DNA of 28,704 bases, taken from assembly GCF_006345805.1 (NCBI RefSeq), contig NW_021833511.1, positions 1 to 28,704 on the forward strand. Reading direction: 5' to 3'. This stretch comes from Octopus sinensis (Eukaryota). Of the stretch, positions 21,596 to 28,704 are shown piece by piece. The position numbers were made by a program, and so were the translations under genes. Under the pieces are notes generated by a model that was not told the DNA's origin, did not search any database, and saw nothing but the letters and a program-made list of their open reading frames with translations. Positions within the stretch are counted from its first letter, which is position 1. The number at the start of each line of letters is the position of its first letter.

Positions 21596-21984
21596 GTATT
21601 TAGGTAGCTTTAACTCTTTGCACCCAGTTTGACTTAATGTAGCGAATTCACCATGATAATGAAAACAGTACCGGAAAAAGAGTTGGGGTTTGTGACCTAT
21701 AAAAACACTATTGAAACTGGTGCCCTACACAAATATGGCAGCAGTTTACTGACAGAACTTAGCAAGCGAGAAAGAGAAATAGAGTGTGTATAGATGGCGT
21801 GGTGGTGCTAAAGGCCGGATAGGATGTACGTCCTTTCATTTTTGTAGGGAAATGGCATAGTTATGTTTATGTATTTATATCAAAAGAAACTTCAATCTGA
21901 GAGTGGCTCTTGAAGTGAACTTGTGTTATCTTATATTTCAGTATATTTAGCATAACACTACTTTCTATGACAATATTTCTTACT

Positions 21985-22312
21985 CACCTCTCTCTCTCTC
22001 CCTCTCTCTCCCTTGCTCTCTCTCTCCCTCTCCCTTGCTCTCTCTCCCTTGATCTCTTTCTCCCTCTCCCTTGCTCTCTCTCTTTCTCCCTCTCCCTTGC
22101 TCTCTCTCTTTCTCCCTCTCCCTTGCTCTCTCTCCCTCTCCCCTGCTCTCTCTCCCTTGCTCTCTTTCACTCTCCCTCTCCCTTACTCTCTCTCCCTTCC
22201 TCTCTCTCTCCATCTCTCTTGCTCTTTCTATCCCTCTCCCTTCCTCTCTTGCTCTCTCTCGCTCTCCCTTGCTCTCGCTCTCCCTCTCTCTTGCTCTCCC
22301 CCTCTCTCTCAG
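21985..22312. repeat. (CT)n-derived polypyrimidine minisatellite with recurring CTCTCCCTTGCTCT units
   Basis: Directly visible. Confidence 0.95.
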
Positions 22313-22422
22313 TGTGACCTATTCTTCATGCACATATACACGGCCTGTGATATGCACATATGCACACACACATATGCACACATAAATATGCACACATGCA
22401 CACACACACACGCACATACATC

Positions 22423-23286
22423 CATGGTGCTGTGAATAAACTGTCGTCTAAATTACACAAAAATTAAAATAACACTGACATCTCATTTTAGCAGATATAT
22501 TTACCAAAATTACATAAAAAGATCTCCAAATGCTAAAGAGTAAATTTATTCAATAAAATCGCCATTGGTTTTAACCACGGCCTTCAGATGACTTTGGAAT
22601 CTCCCACAACTCTTCTGGGCAGTCTCCTTGTTTAAGTTGGCGAATGCTGTTTATCTATTCATCTTTGGTATTACAAGGAGTTTTTTTGTCTCTCGCTCAA
22701 CTGCGCCCCACACATAATAATCAAGGGTTTTCAGTGTGGGGAGTTAGGTGGCCAGATGTCAGGTGTGATGTGGTCACAGAAATTGTCTAAACAGCCATGA
22801 CTCGGTTCTCCTGCTTGTGTGGCATGGTGCAAAGTCCTGTTGACAGACATAGGGACTTTCAGCATCCACTCTCTTCACCCAGGGTACCACTACCCCCTCC
22901 AGGCACTAGATGTTGGCCTTCGTGTTGAGTATGAGGCCGTGTAGAAAGATGAATGGTGGCATAACGTCGTCATCACTACTGATCACTCCAAACACCATGA
23001 TGTTGACTGGGTGCTTGATTTTTTTTCACTCTCAGTACAGGTCCTCAGATTGACACCCAAACACTCTGAAATGTTCGTATTGGAGTTTCAGGCGCGAATG
23101 CCAAGCGATACAGCATGTCGTTCTCAAATTTCTGGCAGAGTGAATTGCGCATGATGCTGTTTTTCTCACAGACGCTGCCCAACTGACCCTACTATACTGT
23201 GTAGTCGACAAAATCAAAAAGAAACATTCGCGCACGTGCGAAATTCAAATTATATAAAATGGTGACAATTTACTCATCGCACCCTG
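22423..23286 (-). mobile_element. Internally deleted maT/DD37D (Bmmar1-like) DNA transposon
   Basis: Imperfect 27-bp TIRs (CAGGGTGCGATGAGTAAATTGTC / CATGGTGCTGTGAATAAACTGTC). Minus-strand HPVNIMVFGVISSDDDVMPPFIF and QQD-x37-D (WPPNSP...PLDYYVWG) after correcting two frameshifts. Confidence 0.85.
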
Positions 23287-23555
23287 CATGTATATGGAAG
23301 TATATTAAGTATAGATGTATATATACATGCATGTGTGTATATACATATGTATATATATAATATATATATATATATATTAATATATTATATATATAGAGAG
23401 AGGAGAGAGAGAAGAAGAGAGAGAGAGAAAGAGAGAGAGAGGGAGAGATGCATATATAGTGTGTGTGTGTGCATGAATATATGTAAATATATATGCGTAT
23501 GCGTGTGGATATGCGCGTGCTTGTTGCTTATATATAATATATATAATATATATAT

Positions 23556-23876
23556 GTGAGGGCGCGTGGCTTAGTGGTTAGGGCATTCGGCTCATGATCG
23601 TAAGGTTGTGAGTTCGATTCCCGGCGACGCGTTGTGTCCTTGAGCAAGACACTTTATTTCACGTTGCTCCAGTCCACTCAGCTGGCAAAAATGAGTTGTA
23701 CTTGTATTTCAAAGGGTCAGCCTTGTCACTCTCTGTGTCACGCTGATTATCCCGAGAACTACGTTAAGGGTACACGTGTCTGTGGAATGCTCAGCCATTT
23801 GCACGTTAATTCACGAGCAAGCTGTTCCGTTGATCGTATCAGCTGGGACCACTCGTCGTCGTAACCGCGGGTCTTT
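23556..23876 (+). mobile_element. tRNA-derived SINE family D with tail type 2
   Basis: Matches the 829 copy up to AAAATGAGT (23696), then an unrelated tail; flanked by (TA)n. Confidence 0.85.
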
Positions 23877-24179
23877 ATATATATATATATTTCATTTAAT
23901 ATACATACATATATGCATATACACACATGCATACACCTACGTACATTCATAGCCTGAGAGAAAGGAAAACCGAGTTGAAGAGAGAGAGAATGAGAGAGAG
24001 AGAGAGAGAGTTATTCGAAGAGAATGACACATACACATACATACATACATACATACATACATACATACATACATACGTACAGACGCACACACATTATCAC
24101 ACAGACACACACACAGACACACACACATACACACATCTTTATAGTATATACATTTGTGCTATTTTTGCTGTTCTCACAG

Positions 24180-24225
24180 GAAAAGTACAACACCAGATAT
24201 TAGTCTCCCGGGGTTACAAGATCCG
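24180..24225 (+). CDS. Candidate 46-nt internal exon (KSTTPDISLPGLQDP or KVQHQILVSRGYKI)
   Basis: Acceptor TTTTTGCTGTTCTCACAG and donor CCG|GTGAGA; two of three frames open. Confidence 0.35.
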
Positions 24226-24383
24226 GTGAGACAAGTAACATAGATTTCCGCGTAGTTTCTCTTTAAAAATTTTAATACTAGGAATCATTAAATCGTTATG
24301 TTAATAAATTTCTTAGTAAGAAAATAATTACACGACTTATGGGTTTTATATGGACCTGTCATTTATGTGCACGTAAGTACGTG

Positions 24384-24397
24384 TGTATGTATGTATG

Positions 24398-24428
<31 letters not shown>

Positions 24429-24620
24429 TGCATGTATGTATGTATGTATGTATGTATTAGCATGTATGTATGTTGTATGTATGTATGTATGATGTATGTA
24501 TGTATGTATGCATGTATGTATGTATGTATGTAGGTATGTATGTATGTATGCATGCATGTATGTATGTATGTATGTATGTATGTATGTCGTATGTATGTAT
24601 GTATGCATGCTGCATGTATG

Positions 24621-24651
<31 letters not shown>

Positions 24652-24937
24652 TGTATGTATGTATGTATGTATGCATGTATGTAGTATGTATGTATGTATG
24701 ATGTATGTATGTATGTATGTATGTATGCATGTATGTATGTATGTATGTATGTATGTATGTTATGTATGTATGTATGCATGCATGTATGTATGTATGTATG
24801 CATGCATGTATGTATGTATGTATGCCTGTATGTATGTATGTATGTATGCATGTATGTATGTATGTATGTATGTATGCATGTATGTATGTATGTATGTATG
24901 TATGTATGTATGTATGTATGTATGTATGCATGCATGC

Positions 24938-24969
<32 letters not shown>

Positions 24970-26695
24970 GTATGTTAATGCATGTATGTATGTATGTATG
25001 TATGTATGCATGTATGTATGTATGTATGTATGCATGTATGTATGTATGTATGTATGTATGTATGTATGTATGGATGTATGTTATGCATGTATGTATGTAT
25101 GTATGTATGTATGCGTATGTATGTATGTATGAATGTATGTATGTATGTATGTATGTATGTATGTATGTATGTATGTATGTATGTATGCATGTATGTATGT
25201 ATGTATGTATGTATGTATGTATGTATGCATGCATGTATTATGTATGTATGCATGCATGTATGTATGTATGTATGTATGTATGTATGTATGTATGTATGTA
25301 TGTATGCATGTATGTATGTATGTATGTATGCATGTATGTATGTATGTATGTATGTATGTATGTATGCATGTATGTATGTATGTATGTATGTATGTATGTA
25401 TGTATGCATGTATGTATGTATGTATGTATGCATGTATGTATGTATGTTGTAGGTATGCATGCATGTATGTATGTAGTATGTATGTATGTATGTGTATGCA
25501 TGCATGTATGTATGTTGTATGTATGCATGTATGTATGTATGTATGTATGCATGTATGTATGTATGTATGTATGTTATGATGTATGTATGTATGTATGCAT
25601 GTATGTATGTCTGTATGTATGCATGTATGTATGTATGTATGTATGTATGTATGTATGCATGTATGTTGTATGTATGTATGTATGTATGTATGTATGCACT
25701 GTATGTATGTATGTATGTATTTGTATGTATGTATGCATGTATGTATGTATGTATGTATGTATGTATGTATGCATGTATGCATGTATGTATGTATGTATGT
25801 ATGTATGTATGCATGTATGTATGTATGTATGTATGTATGTATGTATGCTGTATGTATGTATGTATGTAGGTATGGATGTATGTATGTATGTATGTATCTA
25901 TGTATGCATGTATGTATGTATGTATGTATGCATGTATGTATGTATGTATGTATGTATGTATGCATGTATGTATGTATGTATGTATGCATGTATTATGTAT
26001 GTATGTATGTATGTATGCATGTATGTATGTGTATGTATGTATGTATGTATGTATGTATGCATGTATGTATGTATGTGTATGTATGTATGTATGTATGCAT
26101 GTATGTATTATGTATGTATGATGTATGTATGTATGTATGTATGTATGTATGTATGCATGTATGTATGTATGTATGTATGCATGTATGTATGTATGTATGT
26201 ATGTATGTATGCATGTGTATGTTGTATGTATATGTATGTATAAATGTATGTATGTATGTATGTATGCCTGTATGTATGTATGTTGTATGTATGTATGTAT
26301 GCTGTATGTATGTATGTATGTATGTATGTATGCATGTATGTATGTATGGGTATGTATGCATGTATGTAGTATGCATGTATGTATGTATGCATGTATGTAT
26401 GTATGTATGTATGTATGTATGTATGTATGCATGCATGTATGTATGTATGTATGTATGTATGTATGTATGCATGTATGTATGTATGTATGTATGTATGTAT
26501 GTATGCATGTATGTATGTATGTATGTATGTATGTATGTATGTATGCATGTATGTATGTATGTATGTATGTATGTATGTATGCATGTATGTATGTATGTAT
26601 GTATGTATGTATGTATGTATGTATGTATGCATGTATGTATGTATGTGTATGTATGTATGTATGTATGTATGCATGCATGTATGTATGTATGTATG
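24384..26695. repeat. About 2.3-kb (TATG)n array with CATG variants
   Basis: Directly visible; source of all the YVCM/HTYI pseudo-ORFs. Confidence 0.98.
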
Positions 26696-26839
26696 GCTGG
26701 CTTTGCATTGCCCCAATATAATGACAGTATATATATATGTGTGTGTGTGTATGTTTGTGTGGATAAATTAAGAAATGGAGTGAAAAGCAGGTGTTATTTA
26801 AATCAATTATACTTCCAGCATGTTTATATCTATATCTAT

Positions 26840-26852
26840 CTATCTATTTATG

Positions 26853-26902
<50 letters not shown>

Positions 26903-26990
26903 ATACATGTGGTGTGTGTGTAATATAATAATATATATATATATATACAGTATATATATTGTTATATATACATACATATACATACAGAGA
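26840..26990. repeat. (TA)n-rich microsatellite
   Basis: Directly visible. Confidence 0.9.
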
Positions 26991-27817
26991 GAGAGTGTGC
27001 GAAAACAACACTTGCATATGTGTGTGTATTTGTGTACGTGTGTGTGTGTGTTTGTGCGCGTGTGTATGTATGTATGTATGTATATGTATATGTAAGTATG
27101 TATGCATATATATATATTAAATTATCAGGAAGTTGAAAATTTTTAGTATTATTTATACATCATTCCATATATTTCGTTTGTTAATAGGAATGACAAAGTT
27201 TTATATGTTGTATAAACTTGTAAGAAATTTCCTATTACAAATTTTTCACAGAGAGAAAGAGGGTGGGGGGCAGAGTCAAATAATATATTTTTGATCCTCT
27301 GTCTGGAGAATTTCTAATAGGATATATTTCTTTCATGTTTTTCCAACGTGTACAACACATTAATTCGCAGTAACAAATGAAACATCTGTAATGGGGAATA
27401 AATAATGCCAAACAATTTTCCAACTTCCTGCTTGGTTATATGATAACTCTGCTGTCAGTATTTTCAGAAGTTTCGACTCGGATGTGAACGTCACATGAAT
27501 ACAACAATGTTGACAATTACATCCTGAAATGTAACACTGGAATACGCAGATGTGTTTCAAGAGAACACAGCTTAGATTTTGCCGCCCCCCTACATAGTTT
27601 TTGTTAGTTTTACATGTGCATATATATATATATATATATAATATATATATATATATTATTATATATATATAATATAATATATAATTCACGAAAAATTAAT
27701 TTGCGAAGATGCCATTAATTCTATTATTCTCCAATGTAACTTTTTTCAAAATGTTAATAAACTGAATCAATGACACAGGCATAGCAGGCCCAAAAGTAGC
27801 ATTAAATAGCCGAGGAT

Positions 27818-27966
27818 TAAAATTAATCAAAGGACATGGTAAGTATGTCTATCTGCTTGAAATAACAGTCAAAACACTTATTAAAACGCCAACAATACAA
27901 AAATAAGAGTTTTGACTGTTATTTCAAGCAGGTAGACATACTTACTATGTCCTTTGATTAATTTTA
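27818..27966. repeat. Fold-back inverted repeat, 65-bp arms, 19-nt spacer
   Basis: 27818-27882 versus 27902-27966, 3 mismatches; both ends are TA. Confidence 0.95.
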
Positions 27967-28009
27967 TATATATATGTATATGCATATATATATATATATA
28001 TGCACATAT

Positions 28010-28173
28010 AAAACTATTATTTTCTCTTCTTGATTCTTTCTGTGTTCCTTTCTGTGGAAGAGCGTAGGCTCGAAATGTTAAAGACTTTTTCACTTCTCGA
28101 GCATTATACTAATACATATGTTTGTTGTATACACCACCTGTCTTCGTCTTGTTTTTATTTCGTGAATTCTCCC
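28010..28173 (+). mobile_element. Solo Penelope-like pLTR fragment with minimal hammerhead-like motif
   Basis: CTTT-CTGTGGA-A-GAGC-GTAG-GCTC-GAAA-TGT-T-AAAG at 28048-28083; homologous to 10917-11100. Confidence 0.55.
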
Positions 28174-28382
28174 GATGTATATACACACATATATATATAT
28201 ATGTATGTATACAGAAGGGGAAAATGAGGATAGAGAGATACGCATACATACGTATGTACACGCATGCATATACACATGCATTCATGCATACATACGTACA
28301 CACATACATAGGTACATACATGCATGCATACATAAACAGATAGCGTGTTTATGTATTATTATGCATACAGATAATTAAACTA

Positions 28383-28680
28383 GTGGAGGCACATGGCCTT
28401 GTGGTTAAAGCAACGAACTCGTAGTCGAGGGATCGCAGGTTCGAATTTCATCCCGGGTGATGTGTGTGTTTATGAGCGAAACACGTAAGCTCCACGCGGC
28501 TCCGACAGAAGGGAATGGCGAACTTCTGCTGACTCTTTCGCCACAACTTTCTCTCACTTTTTCCTCTTACTTCCCGCAGTTAACTTGTCCAGGTGGGGAA
28601 CCTATACACCAATGAGACCGGTAAACCGGCCCTTATGAGCCAGGTATGTCACAAGAAGGAACAAGCAACATAACATAACT
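28383..28680 (+). mobile_element. tRNA-derived SINE: family C head/body with family D-type tail
   Basis: Head and body match 5460-5602; 3' part GTCCAGGTGGGGAACCTATACACCAATGAGACCGGTAAACCGG...ATGAGCCAGG aligns to 1003-1060. Confidence 0.8.
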
Positions 28681-28704
28681 AAACTAAGGAACCGAAGAAG
28701 TATT

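Noticed and set aside
21958-22435. ER-rich and SL-rich ORFs
   Set aside because: Translations of the CT/GA tract.
24359-26923. Long ORFs up to 577 aa (YVCM / HTYI repeats)
   Set aside because: Translations of the (TATG)n array, which has almost no stop codons in any frame; no evidence of coding.

Overview
Eukaryotic, repeat-saturated non-coding DNA. There is no intact protein-coding gene, rRNA, true tRNA or CRISPR array, and nearly all ORFs in the supplied track are microsatellite translation artefacts. The SINE families look like those I associate with Octopus/coleoid cephalopod genomes (recognition, not verified). Contents: about 20 tRNA-derived SINE copies or fragments from four head families (labelled A-D here) with swapped 3' tails, a decayed Neptune-type Penelope-like retroelement (RT + GIY-YIG, 15.9-18.6 kb), three solo pLTR-like fragments with minimal hammerhead-like motifs, a non-autonomous Helitron, two R4/Dong 3' fragments ending in (TAA)n, mariner and maT (DD37D) remnants, two fold-back hairpins, and a 2.3-kb (TATG)n array. 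A few weak plus-strand exon candidates suggest the window may be intronic. The best candidate for an unusual system is a 579-bp non-coding insertion at 11545-12123. It equals about 1.2 copies of a 481-nt unit and carries a well-formed type I hammerhead ribozyme fold, i.e. a retrozyme-like element. It sits in the (TA)n tract of a SINE, about 4 kb from a Penelope-like RT of the class that could mobilise it. Whether it is already catalogued cannot be judged from the sequence alone.
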